A DNA stretch of 64,000 bases from Bacteroidota bacterium (GTDB lineage Bacteria; Bacteroidota; Bacteroidia; UBA7662; JAIXUI01). Shown piece after piece: positions 1 through 8,476 of the stretch. The position numbers were made by a program, and so were the translations under genes. Location of the stretch: assembly GCA_027484125.1 (NCBI GenBank), contig JAIXUI010000124.1:10254-74253 (forward strand), written 5' to 3'. Numbering within the stretch: position 1 is the stretch's first letter; each line of letters begins with the position of its first letter. The notes beneath the pieces were generated by a model. It was not told the DNA's origin and did no database searches. It was given only the letters and a program-made list of their open reading frames with translations.

Positions 1-740
1 CGTTTATCTAGACTGTTGCTATCGTTGATAAACGGAAGTTTTAATAGATGCTCGGGGGACAGTACTTTGTACAAAGCGATGAGCGAATTATCTTCTGCTG
101 CATCTGCATTACGGATAACTTTTTCATACTCCTTAAGGTTGAAATAGGTAAAAGTGATTTCACTGGCAATCTGCTCAATAAAGGGTTCCGCAACTTCCTT
201 ATAGAAAACATCTGTACTTTTTTTACTCGACTCAAATTGCTCAAACTGCCTTACCAAGCCTTTATTCTGTGCAAATAATCTTTCGAATACATGCTCATCA
301 AATATGAACCATTCATATAAATTGGTTACAATCAGATGTTTGACTGCTATATTTTTGTGGAATATGCGCTCACGCAAATAGTAAAGCACCAATTCTTGGA
401 GCGCTTTGGTATTGATTTTTTGTGTCGTCATCATTTCCCCTCTGTTTGTGGGTTTTTTAGCCTCTATGATGACGCCAACTGCTGATTGAGCGTGGTTGCC
501 AAAGTGTATAACCAAGTCGTTTCGGCCTTTGGTGTTGATGAAGTGCTGGGGGTCGTAAAAAGTTTTTTTAAGAAAGTCAGAAAGAAGGTTTTTATGAAAC
601 TCTTCACTTTCTTGCTCGTTGGCTCTGCCAAGCAGCGTAATCAGATTGGCTTTGAATGCTTCAATCTCCTCCCTACTGGGTTTCACTTTCAGAAATGCCT
701 TATTGAGGGCCAACCGAGGCTTCAACGCTTTCAAAATCAT
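1..740 (-). CDS. Type IIG/IIL restriction-modification enzyme (MmeI-like), N-terminal PD-(D/E)xK nuclease region; partial, continues left of window
   Basis: Minus-strand ORF from ATG at 740-738 (in-frame stop TAA just upstream at 746-744) is open down to position 1. It is absent from the ORF track because it has no stop inside the window. Translation: MILKALKPRLALNKAFLKVKPSREEIEAFKANLITLLGRANEQESEEFHKNLLSDFLKKTFYDPQHFINTKGRNDLVIHFGNHAQSAVGVIIEAKKPTNRGEMMTTQKINTKALQELVLYYLRERIFHKNIAVKHLIVTNLYEWFIFDEHV... The D-LVI...IIEAKK segment is a D-x(n)-E-x-K nuclease motif. Order and spacing resemble the MmeI N-terminus (AKPFLIDFF / VDLF..ILLIEMK / QALDYFSGIAERDLPRYVLV). The track ORF 486..770(+) is antisense to it. 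Confidence 0.55.
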   Translation of the reverse strand, partial: MILKALKPRLALNKAFLKVKPSREEIEAFKANLITLLGRANEQESEEFHKNLLSDFLKKTFYDPQHFINTKGRNDLVIHFGNHAQSAVGVIIEAKKPTNRGEMMTTQKINTKALQELVLYYLRERIFHKNIAVKHLIVTNLYEWFIFDEHVFERLFAQNKGLVRQFEQFESSKKSTDVFYKEVAEPFIEQIASEITFTYFNLKEYEKVIRNADAAEDNSLIALYKVLSPEHLLKLPFINDSNSLDK

Positions 741-889
741 GACTTAAAGGTATTAATTAGGGGATTGTAAATCCAACACGCGTTAGTCCGCTGTCGTAGC
801 TCAAAGATAAACACAATCAAATGGAGGACTAGGAAGCCTCCATGTGAAGCAGCAGATAAGTGTCACTGACAAAATGATAAAAATTAAAT

Positions 890-1151
890 TGACACTTAAA
901 ATCCCTAAATAATCATTGTGTCATTCTTTTTATTGAAAATTAGTAATGACACTTAAAATTTCCGGATGGTCAATGTGTCTTTCTTTTTTTTCAAAAATTT
1001 GAATTGACACTTGAAATTTTTGAATGGCCGATGTGTCATTCTTTTTTCTGAGAATCCGAAATGACACTTAAGATTTCCAGATGATCAATGTGTCATTCTT
1101 TTTTTAAGAAATTCAAATTGACACTTAAAATTTAAAATAGCCCATGTGTCC
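890..1151. repeat. Five tandem direct repeats of ~57-58 bp, each carrying inverted half-sites TGACAC-N22-GTGTCA (operator/iteron-like array)
   Basis: TGACAC at 890, 947, 1005, 1062, 1119. Partner GTGTCA (or GTGTCT/GTGTCC) at 918, 975, 1033, 1090, 1145. Each unit also shares TTAAAAT after the first half-site and a T-run after the second. Extra half-sites lie at 862-872 (TGTCAcTGACA palindrome), 1177-1182, 1204-1209 and 1235-1240. The array sits in the divergent region between the RM gene start (740, minus) and the HTH gene start (1331, plus). Confidence 0.8.
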
Positions 1152-1330
1152 AATTAGTATTATAAAATTTCAATATGTCACATCAATTTTTCTTGGAACG
1201 CATGTGTCGATTTATCGAAATATTCGCGCATAATGTCACATAACAATACGCTCGCATTGATTTTCATAGTTGATTTGCATGCCTCACAAAAGCACAGAAA
1301 CAAAAGGAATAATATTAGCAAAAAATCAAT

Positions 1331-1849
1331 ATGAAAGGCTCTGTTGATTTCCGTCAGAAATTAGGACTCTCACAAGCTGAATTAGCTAGAATACTTGATG
1401 CTCAGCGCTCCACTTTAGCCATGTTTGAGCAAGGCAGAAGATCACTACCCTTAGCTGCTGAAGCTTATCTCAGCCATGCCGAACGCATGTATTACCTTCA
1501 TGTTTACCAAGAATCACCGCCTCTAAATATCCCTAACCAATTAAATATCAATAAGATAAATCAAAACATCAAAATACTAAAAGCCAAACGACATGTGTTG
1601 GAAAAGTCATATAACACACTTTCTAATCGTTATTTTGTTCTCTTAGAACGAAAAGCTTGGCTTCTGATTATGGCAGCCCAATCAGAGGTAGAGATGCGAG
1701 GTTTAAGCTCTTTTGTCCGGGAAATGCTTATTAAAACAGAAAAGCAGCTAGAGTCTTTTTCAATTGAAAATGTCAAGCATTTGGAGTTACAAATAAACTG
1801 CTTGGATATGCAAATCAATTACTGGGAAAACTTAAAAGTACAAGATTAA
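1331..1849 (+). CDS. XRE-family helix-turn-helix DNA-binding protein with helical (coiled-coil-like) C-terminal half
   Basis: ATG at 1331. The N-terminus FRQKLGLSQAELARILDAQRSTLAMFEQGRRSLP is a classic HTH_XRE (HTH_3) signature. The C-terminal ~100 aa is K/E/L-rich with heptad-like spacing. The gene is AT-rich (~30% GC) versus ~45-50% for neighbours. Confidence 0.7.
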   Translation: MKGSVDFRQKLGLSQAELARILDAQRSTLAMFEQGRRSLPLAAEAYLSHAERMYYLHVYQESPPLNIPNQLNINKINQNIKILKAKRHVLEKSYNTLSNRYFVLLERKAWLLIMAAQSEVEMRGLSSFVREMLIKTEKQLESFSIENVKHLELQINCLDMQINYWENLKVQD

Positions 1850-2006
1850 ATATTTCATTAAAGCGCTCTTTGTGAATAAAACAATCATATAGACAATCTT
1901 TACAACTCAATAGAATTGTTTCTTACTACATTTTAAAAAAAATCACCTAAATTCTTTTATTAATTCAAATCCTTAATTAGTTTGCGGCACATTTTAATTG
2001 TTTCAT

Positions 2007-2429
2007 ATGAGTTTTTCATTTTCACTCCTCTCAAGCGTAGTAGAATGCGATAACCTGCTTACTATTGCACAATTCGAATTAAAAGAGTTAGAAGCTCAAA
2101 AGACTAACGCGGATATCCGTCAAGACCGAACGGATATAAGTACGCAGCGTAATCAAATTGCAATATCAGTTGCAAGAGCAGAATTAAACGGTGTTGAAGC
2201 AGCTTTACTTACGGTAACCAATCCGGAAGTTGTAAAAACACTTACCAACAAGAAAACTAAGTTGGAAAACCGAATCGAGAATCTAGAAGTTGATTTAACA
2301 GAAAGAGGCGCCTTGCAGCTTTTAAAAATGGAGATGAGCCTTGCGCAGCTAAATGCTACTATTGAGGCTACTCAAGATTTTATCACTCAGTTGAACGCTC
2401 GAAAAGCAGAACTGGCTGTAAACGCTTAA
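2007..2429 (+). CDS. hypothetical coiled-coil protein
   Basis: Track ORF 1998..2429 starts at a TTG; the first ATG is at 2007 (MSFSFSLL...). The sequence is E/K/L/Q-rich (ELKELEAQKTNADIRQDRTD...KLENRIENLEVDLTERGALQLLKMEMSLAQLNATIEATQDFITQLNARKAELAVNA), typical of a coiled coil. I recognise no known domain. GC is low. Confidence 0.5.
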   Translation: MSFSFSLLSSVVECDNLLTIAQFELKELEAQKTNADIRQDRTDISTQRNQIAISVARAELNGVEAALLTVTNPEVVKTLTNKKTKLENRIENLEVDLTERGALQLLKMEMSLAQLNATIEATQDFITQLNARKAELAVNA

Positions 2430-2453
2430 ATCTAAACAAGTCTGTTTAACAGA

Positions 2454-2496
2454 AAGCCCCCTTCAACTCCATTAACGTAGAGTTGAAGGGGGCTTC
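2454..2496. terminator. Rho-independent terminator hairpin, bidirectional (between convergent genes)
   Basis: agcccccttcaactc (2455-2469) and gagttgaagggggct (2481-2495) form a perfect 15-bp GC-rich stem around an 11-nt loop. A T-rich tract follows on the plus strand. It sits between 2007..2429(+) and 2503..3045(-). Confidence 0.8.
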
Positions 2497-2502
2497 TCAT
2501 TT

Positions 2503-3045
2503 TCACCGGCTGTAATGCAGTTGCATCAAGCCGCTTTTATATTGCTTGATAGATTGCGGTTTTAGCCAAATGGGGTTGAACTCGCCTTGAGCTTGCTCGA
2601 ATAAGCGGATGCCATTACCTAATATCACGGGCACTACCGACACAATCCACTCATCTACAAGGTCGGCTTCCCAAAATGCCCTTAATAAGGAAGCGCCGCC
2701 ATCGCAGTAGATGGATTTACCTTCACGGGCTTTTTCTTGCTTCATCCATTCCACCGGGGCGGCTACTACATACTGCACCGAGGTATCTTCAGATTGCAAA
2801 CTGCAATCTCGGGTAAAAATAAAGTGTTTACATCCTTCATGTGGCACGGTTACTTCCATAGACAAGAGCTTGCTGTAAGTTCTCCGGCCCATCACCACGG
2901 TGTCTATGTCGTGCATGAATTCCTGGTATCCGTGGTCTTCGCCTGTTGGTGGAAGTTGCTCCAGAAAACTCAAGTCGTCGCCGGGGGCGGCCAAATAACC
3001 GTCCAAACTCATGGCGATGAATACCTTTAGCTTTCTCATACTCAT
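2503..3045 (-). CDS. dihydrofolate reductase family protein (RibD C-terminal domain-like)
   Basis: KVFIAMSLDGYLAAPGDDLSFL...VVMGRRTYS...ILGNGIRLF matches the RibD_C/DHFR-like family pattern. The ATG at 3045 overlaps the ispE stop (ATGA). Confidence 0.65.
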   Translation of the reverse strand: MSMRKLKVFIAMSLDGYLAAPGDDLSFLEQLPPTGEDHGYQEFMHDIDTVVMGRRTYSKLLSMEVTVPHEGCKHFIFTRDCSLQSEDTSVQYVVAAPVEWMKQEKAREGKSIYCDGGASLLRAFWEADLVDEWIVSVVPVILGNGIRLFEQAQGEFNPIWLKPQSIKQYKSGLMQLHYSR

Positions 3046-3857
3046 GCCAACTCACCAACTTTACAGTACATGCCCGGGAATAGATGATCCAAAACTGTGG
3101 CTTCCTTGAATATTCCAAAAACGGCAGAACCGCTTCCCGACATGGATGCGTAAACAGCACCTGCTTCATACAAGGTGGCCTTTATAGCTGCAAGTTGCGG
3201 ATGCAGCTTAAAAACAGACTGCTCGAAATCGTTTGCCAGCTGGCCTTTCCAATGTTCCGGCCCTTGAAGCACCACCGACTTTAAGTCGTACTGAGGAGCC
3301 GCCGGAATACAACCGGCATAAGCGTCTTGGGTAGAAACGCCAAATCCCGGATGAACTACGGCGATGTGCCAACCTTTCAAACTAAACTCAAAAGGGGTGA
3401 TTTCAGGTCCGGTTCCAAGTAAATAGGCGGCTTGATTAAGCAAGAAAAAAGCACAATCAGAACCTAATTGTGCTGCAATAAGCCGAAGTTGTTCCGGGCT
3501 CAACGGATTCCCAAAACAGGCATTTAAGCCCATTAAAGTAAATGCGGCATCTGAAGAGCCGCCACCTAAACCGGCTCCGTGAGGGAGTGTTTTATGAAGA
3601 TGTAGAAGTGCGCCACTTAACTGTGTCGCTTCTTCAAATGCCATAGCGGCTTTCACCACCAGGTTGTCGGAAGGAGCTCCACTTATTTCTAGTCCACTTT
3701 GCTCGAAGCCGAATCCTTCGTCTTCTAGAGGCGTAATTTCGAGCACATCATAAAATGGGAGCGGATAAAATACGCTTTCGATGGTATGGTAGCCATCAGG
3801 CCGGCGCGAATGAATGGCCAAACCAAGATTGATTTTGCCGCAGGGAAAGAGTATCAC
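3042..3857 (-). CDS. ispE: 4-diphosphocytidyl-2-C-methyl-D-erythritol kinase
   Basis: KINLGLAIHSRRPDGYH...LHKTLPHGAGLGGGSSDAA...ASMSGSGSAVFG is the GHMP-kinase/IspE signature. The start in the track is GTG at 3857. Confidence 0.8.
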   Translation of the reverse strand: MILFPCGKINLGLAIHSRRPDGYHTIESVFYPLPFYDVLEITPLEDEGFGFEQSGLEISGAPSDNLVVKAAMAFEEATQLSGALLHLHKTLPHGAGLGGGSSDAAFTLMGLNACFGNPLSPEQLRLIAAQLGSDCAFFLLNQAAYLLGTGPEITPFEFSLKGWHIAVVHPGFGVSTQDAYAGCIPAAPQYDLKSVVLQGPEHWKGQLANDFEQSVFKLHPQLAAIKATLYEAGAVYASMSGSGSAVFGIFKEATVLDHLFPGMYCKVGELA

Positions 3858-3860
3858 GGA

Positions 3861-5801
3861 TTATTTACGGGTGTACTCTGCAATTTTAGAATAAAGTTCG
3901 TCTTGGTTAAATGGCTTAGTCACAAAATCTGTCATGCCCATGGTCAAAACTTTTCTGCGCGTTTCCTGAAAAGCGTCGGCTGAAAGTGCTATGATGGGAA
4001 TATTGCGATTCAAGGCAGTGGGTTCTAAAGCACGAATTTTCTCAGTAACCTCAAATCCACTCATCTCTGGCATCTGAAGGTCCATCAATACTACATCAAA
4101 GCGCTCTAACATCAAGGCCTCGTAAGCTTCTTTTCCATTTGCAGCAACCGTAACCTTGGCGTTCCACTTTTTCAAAATTTGAGTAGCTACAATCTGATTG
4201 ATTTGATTGTCTTCTGCTAGAAGTACATGTATCTGTCCTAGATCTTTCACTTTATTTTCAACCGCCAACTCTTTCGAGACAGACAAATCGCCTACTTCAA
4301 AAGGAATAGTAGCAGTAAATGTAGAGCCTACTCCAACTTTACTGCTAATTCCGATGGTTCCTCCCTGCATCTCAATGAGCTTTTTAGTGATTGCTAAGCC
4401 TAATCCGGTACCACCAAATTTTCTGGTAGTGTCGGTGTAGGCTTGTGAAAAGCTTTCAAAAATAGTCGCAAACTTGGATTCAGGTATCCCAATGCCCGTA
4501 TCTACAACATCGAATTGAATCGCCATTTTGTTATTTAAACTGGCTTTCGAGATGTTGATGGTTACCCCACCTTGAGAGGTGAACTTGATAGCATTACCGG
4601 CTAGGTTGAGTATAATCTGATTGAGCCTGAAGGGGTCTCCCTTTAATACATGAGGTACTTCATCGTCCACATTACACCTTAGTGTGATTGACTTTTCGTC
4701 AGCTTTATGCTTCAGAAGTTTTTTAATCTCCTGAATTCGGCCTTCCAGTTCAAAATCAATAGTTTCAAAGACTACCTTTCCGGCTTCAATTTTAGAAAAG
4801 TCTAAGATGTCGTTGATGATAACTAAAAGATTATCAGCTGAATATTTGATTGACTGGAGGTTTTCCAGGTTTTTTCCTTCAAATCCTTCTTCCAATAGCA
4901 GACTCGTAAGGCCAATGATAGCATTCATGGGCGTACGAATTTCATGGCTCATGTTGGAAAGAAATTCAGCTTTGGCAGTTGCAGCAAGTTCTGCTTGGCG
5001 CTTGGCTTCTAAAAGCTCTATTTCAAATCGCTTACGCTCTGTGTTGTCGTTGAGGGTGAGAATTTTGTACCGATTTCCCTGCTGGTCAATAAAGCCAGCT
5101 CCGGTTTGAAGCACATCTACAATTTGTCCATGCTGATGCACAAACTGCCATTCTTCAGGCACTTCATTGTTTTTATCGAACTCCCGCAAAAAGTCTTCAA
5201 AGTAAGCATCACGCTGACTTTCAGGAAGCAAAAACGAGATAGGTTGACCAATTGCCTGCTTCTTGGAATAGCCGAAAATGGTGGTGAAAGCGCTGTTCAC
5301 CCGAGCAATGTATCCATCACAATTGATGAGACACATGGCCACACTTGTTGAATTGTAGATTAAATCGAGTAATCGTTCATTTTCTTGAAGCGCAAATTCG
5401 GCTGCAATCCGATCATTTTCCGATTGGATGAGTCGTTGTGCAGACCTTACGATTTTGATGAGTTGCTCCGGAGTTACTTCATTTTTAGGAAAATAGTCAA
5501 AGGCGCCAGCCTTCATCATTTCAACAGCAACTTTCTCATCACCTTGAGAAGTGAGTACGGCAATAGGAGAAGAAACTCCTTTTTCTCTTAGCTCCTTTAA
5601 CAATTTAAGACCGTCGGTACCTGGAAGCTGGTAATCTAAAAAGATACAGTCAAAGCGTTTTTCTGCAATTTTTATCAGCGCTTCTCTCGCCTCACGCGCA
5701 AGCTCAATTTCTGTATCTAATCCTGTTTTACGGAGCGCACGCTCGAAGGCCATGATGTCGATTTCATCATCCTCCACTAAGAAAATACGTAAGGGCGCCA
5801 T
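3861..5801 (-). CDS. hybrid sensor histidine kinase/response regulator (REC-PAS-HisKA-HATPase-REC)
   Basis: N-terminal receiver (RIFLVEDDEIDIMAFERAL...DCIFLDYQLPGTDGL), a PAS-like region, the H-box EFLSNMSHEIRTPMNAIIG, the ATPase G-boxes DTGIGI and GGTGLGLAI, and a C-terminal receiver (VLLAEDNQINQIVATQIL...VVLMDLQMPEMSGFE). Confidence 0.85.
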   Translation of the reverse strand: MAPLRIFLVEDDEIDIMAFERALRKTGLDTEIELAREAREALIKIAEKRFDCIFLDYQLPGTDGLKLLKELREKGVSSPIAVLTSQGDEKVAVEMMKAGAFDYFPKNEVTPEQLIKIVRSAQRLIQSENDRIAAEFALQENERLLDLIYNSTSVAMCLINCDGYIARVNSAFTTIFGYSKKQAIGQPISFLLPESQRDAYFEDFLREFDKNNEVPEEWQFVHQHGQIVDVLQTGAGFIDQQGNRYKILTLNDNTERKRFEIELLEAKRQAELAATAKAEFLSNMSHEIRTPMNAIIGLTSLLLEEGFEGKNLENLQSIKYSADNLLVIINDILDFSKIEAGKVVFETIDFELEGRIQEIKKLLKHKADEKSITLRCNVDDEVPHVLKGDPFRLNQIILNLAGNAIKFTSQGGVTINISKASLNNKMAIQFDVVDTGIGIPESKFATIFESFSQAYTDTTRKFGGTGLGLAITKKLIEMQGGTIGISSKVGVGSTFTATIPFEVGDLSVSKELAVENKVKDLGQIHVLLAEDNQINQIVATQILKKWNAKVTVAANGKEAYEALMLERFDVVLMDLQMPEMSGFEVTEKIRALEPTALNRNIPIIALSADAFQETRRKVLTMGMTDFVTKPFNQDELYSKIAEYTRK

Positions 5802-5815
5802 GAAAGTTGATCAGC

Positions 5816-6277
5816 TTAGTCTGGGTATTCGCAAAGCTGCCAATAGTTATTCAGAGTAGAAACCGCATGGATAAAGCTTTCCATGGATAGCGGTTTCAGG
5901 ATATAACCTGCCACATTTAAATTATAGGCATTCACTTTATCGCTATCCTCGTTCGAGGTGGTCATTACAAACACTGAAATATTCTTGAGCCGGTCATCCT
6001 TACGTAACTCACGAAGGAATTCTATGCCACCCATCTTGGGCATGTTGAGATCGAGCAAAATTATTCTTGGAAGAGGAATAATCGCACTTTCAGGGTTTTT
6101 CCCTCTCAACATCTCTAAGGCTTCTAATCCATTATTGGCAACAAAAAGAGGATTAAGGACATTGTTCTTTTTAAATGCCCTCTTGACGTTCATTACATCA
6201 ACTTCGTCGTCCTCTACAAGCAGAATATTTATCATCCTCGTTTGTGACATCGTCACGTTTTGGTTATTGACGTGCAT
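5816..6277 (-). CDS. single-domain response regulator (CheY-like receiver)
   Basis: INILLVEDDEVDVMNVKRAF...IILLDLNMPKMGGIEFL...NISVFVMTTS is a receiver domain only. Alternative ATG starts at 6250 and 6235 would give a more typical N-terminus (MINILLVEDD). Confidence 0.75.
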   Translation of the reverse strand: MHVNNQNVTMSQTRMINILLVEDDEVDVMNVKRAFKKNNVLNPLFVANNGLEALEMLRGKNPESAIIPLPRIILLDLNMPKMGGIEFLRELRKDDRLKNISVFVMTTSNEDSDKVNAYNLNVAGYILKPLSMESFIHAVSTLNNYWQLCEYPD

Positions 6278-6374
6278 CTACACGCCCTTTCGACAAATCT
6301 AATCAACGGACTTGATAAATAGGAAAAATCCACCATTAATTGTCGTTGATAATTATAATATCCTGTAAAAAAGC

Positions 6375-7607
6375 TTATTCGTATCGGAGGGCTTCTATTG
6401 GGTCCAAGCGTGCGGCTTTGGCAGCCGGATAATACCCGGATATCAACCCTACTAAAAAACAAATAACCACTCCTCCAAGAATCCAACCCCATGGAATGAT
6501 GAACCCAGTGCCTACGAAAAAGGAGACTAGGTTGCCAATTAAAATCCCTAACACAATTCCCAGTAATCCACCCATTTGACCAATGGTGATGGCTTCTAGC
6601 AAAAACTGCTGTTTGATGGTTTTTTGAGTTGCACCAAGTGCTTTCCGAGTTCCTATTTCTTTGGTTCTTTCGGTAACAGAAACCAACATGATGTTCATTA
6701 AACCTATGGCAGCTCCCAGCAAGGTAATGAAGGCAATCCCGGTAGCTGCATATGAAACAAAGCTTAAATTTTCTATAAGATTTTGCGCAAAGCTGTCGCT
6801 TTTGATTACTGAAAAATTCTCTTCTTGCTCCAGCCTTAGACGCCTGATGATCCTGAATAGTCCGGTTGCCTCGTTCACGGCTAAATCAATCTCTGAAGGA
6901 TGTGTAACCGTTACAGCAATGGCATGATTGCGTTTGCCATCAGGAAAAAAAGTTCGCGCATTGGTAACCGGTATCACTACTGAGCGGTCTGCATTCATTC
7001 CAAATGAGGATCCTTTAGATGCCACAACTCCAATAATGCGATACTTAGAGGAGCCAACCGTCAGCATCTTCCCTATTGGGTCGATTTGTTTGAAGAGCGA
7101 AGTCTTTACTTCATTACCAATCAAGGCAACTGGCGTTGCATACAGCATGTCGTTGGGCGTAAAATTTCGCCCCGATGAAAGGGTGTAGCCTCCTGCTGAC
7201 AAATAATGCTCATCAGAGCCAAAAATTAGCACATTAGGATTCGACTTCTTTCGCTCGTATTTCAGTACTCCCACCCTGGAAATGATACAACTCACAGATA
7301 CGGTAGCCGGATATCTGTACCTTTTCTTAAAGTTTTGAGCATCCTCATAACTGATTTCTCGAGCAGCAGCCAAGCGTCGGCGCGGGCCACCAAAGTTGAG
7401 ATTCAATCCTCGATTTCTGATGTTAAAGGTGTTGGAACCTACACTAGAGAAAGTCTCTGTCATCGACTTTTCTAACGCATCGATGGAGGTTAAAATCCCA
7501 ACTAAGGCCATAATTCCTATCGAGATGATCAGTGCAGTTAACACTGACCTTAGTTTATTGCCTTTGATTGCCTCTAGGGCAATTTTGAAATTTTCAATCC
7601 AAATCAT
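6375..7607 (-). CDS. ABC transporter permease, FtsX/MacB-like family
   Basis: N-terminal TM helix, a large periplasmic domain, then C-terminal TM helices with [15 protein letters not shown] and the ending [17 protein letters not shown] typical of MacB/FtsX permeases. No adjacent ATPase gene. Confidence 0.75.
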   Translation of the reverse strand: MIWIENFKIALEAIKGNKLRSVLTALIISIGIMALVGILTSIDALEKSMTETFSSVGSNTFNIRNRGLNLNFGGPRRRLAAAREISYEDAQNFKKRYRYPATVSVSCIISRVGVLKYERKKSNPNVLIFGSDEHYLSAGGYTLSSGRNFTPNDMLYATPVALIGNEVKTSLFKQIDPIGKMLTVGSSKYRIIGVVASKGSSFGMNADRSVVIPVTNARTFFPDGKRNHAIAVTVTHPSEIDLAVNEATGLFRIIRRLRLEQEENFSVIKSDSFAQNLIENLSFVSYAATGIAFITLLGAAIGLMNIMLVSVTERTKEIGTRKALGATQKTIKQQFLLEAITIGQMGGLLGIVLGILIGNLVSFFVGTGFIIPWGWILGGVVICFLVGLISGYYPAAKAARLDPIEALRYE

Positions 7608-8437
7608 GTTAGCTTTTTAGCCCAAAACTCTTGCGCTTTTCTTACCGAACCGTGTTTCACTAATAGTTCTTGAGCTTCAGCATGAGAGATACCCAAGCTT
7701 GTCATCAACATACTCACCCCACGATTGATCAGTTTGTGATTGCTGAGTTGCATATCCACCATCCTGTTTCCTTTCACTCGTCCTAGCCTAATCATTGTGG
7801 CGGTAGAAATCATATTCAGGACCAGTTTCTGAGCGGTTCCAGCCTTCATTCTGGTAGAGCCGGTCACAAACTCAGGGCCTGTTACCACTTCAATAGGATA
7901 ATCTACTTCAGCAGAAAGCCGAGCATGAGGATTGCAAGAAATGCCGGCGGTTATCACCCCATGGGTTTTACAATCCTGCACTCCACCTATTACGTAAGGG
8001 GTAGTACCAGAGGCGGTAATGCCCACCACTACATCGCCTTGAGCGACTCCGGCTTCACACAAATCTTTCCAAGCCTGATGTTTATTGTCTTCAGCAAACT
8101 CTACGGCCTTCCGAATGGCCCCATCACCACCTGCGATGATGCCATTGACCAATTCGTGTGGCACTCCGTAAGTCGGTGGACATTCGGAAGCATCTACAAT
8201 GCCTAATCGACCGCTGGTTCCGGCCCCTATGTAAAACAACCGACCACCTTGCTGCAAGCGCTCTACAATAGCATCTACCAGCTTGGTGATAGAAGGAATT
8301 GCAGCTGCAACTGCGTTTGCCACAGTCTGGTCTTCCTGGTTAATGCCCGTTAAAATCTGAGCAGTAGTCATTTGATCCAAATCCTGATGTCTGGATTCTT
8401 TTTCAGTTAACCTGTATTCCTCCACAACACAAAACAA
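7604..8437 (-). CDS. murQ: N-acetylmuramic acid 6-phosphate etherase
   Basis: SIS-domain sequence [28 protein letters not shown] is near-identical to E. coli MurQ. The track start at 8437 is TTG (no in-frame ATG near the N-terminus). It overlaps the FtsX gene start by 4 nt. Confidence 0.8.
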   Translation of the reverse strand: MFCVVEEYRLTEKESRHQDLDQMTTAQILTGINQEDQTVANAVAAAIPSITKLVDAIVERLQQGGRLFYIGAGTSGRLGIVDASECPPTYGVPHELVNGIIAGGDGAIRKAVEFAEDNKHQAWKDLCEAGVAQGDVVVGITASGTTPYVIGGVQDCKTHGVITAGISCNPHARLSAEVDYPIEVVTGPEFVTGSTRMKAGTAQKLVLNMISTATMIRLGRVKGNRMVDMQLSNHKLINRGVSMLMTSLGISHAEAQELLVKHGSVRKAQEFWAKKLT

Positions 8438-8451
8438 CAGTATTCACATGA

Positions 8452-8459
8452 TATATTTG
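8452..8459 (+). promoter_or_regulatory. Candidate Bacteroidota sigma-A -7 element (TAnnTTTG)
   Basis: TATATTTG lies 18 nt upstream of the ctp start (8477), in the divergent murQ/ctp intergenic region. Confidence 0.35.
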
Positions 8460-8476
8460 CGACACAATTCAAGGCT

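Noticed and set aside
486-770. Track ORF 486..770(+) and 48..278(+)
   Set aside because: They lie antisense to, and fully inside, the much longer coherent minus-strand RM-enzyme frame (1..740). They have no recognisable features.
890-1151. Tandem repeats considered as a CRISPR array
   Set aside because: The whole ~57-bp units are conserved (no variable spacers), units contain internal inverted half-sites, no cas genes are nearby, and the period and AT-richness fit an operator or iteron array instead.
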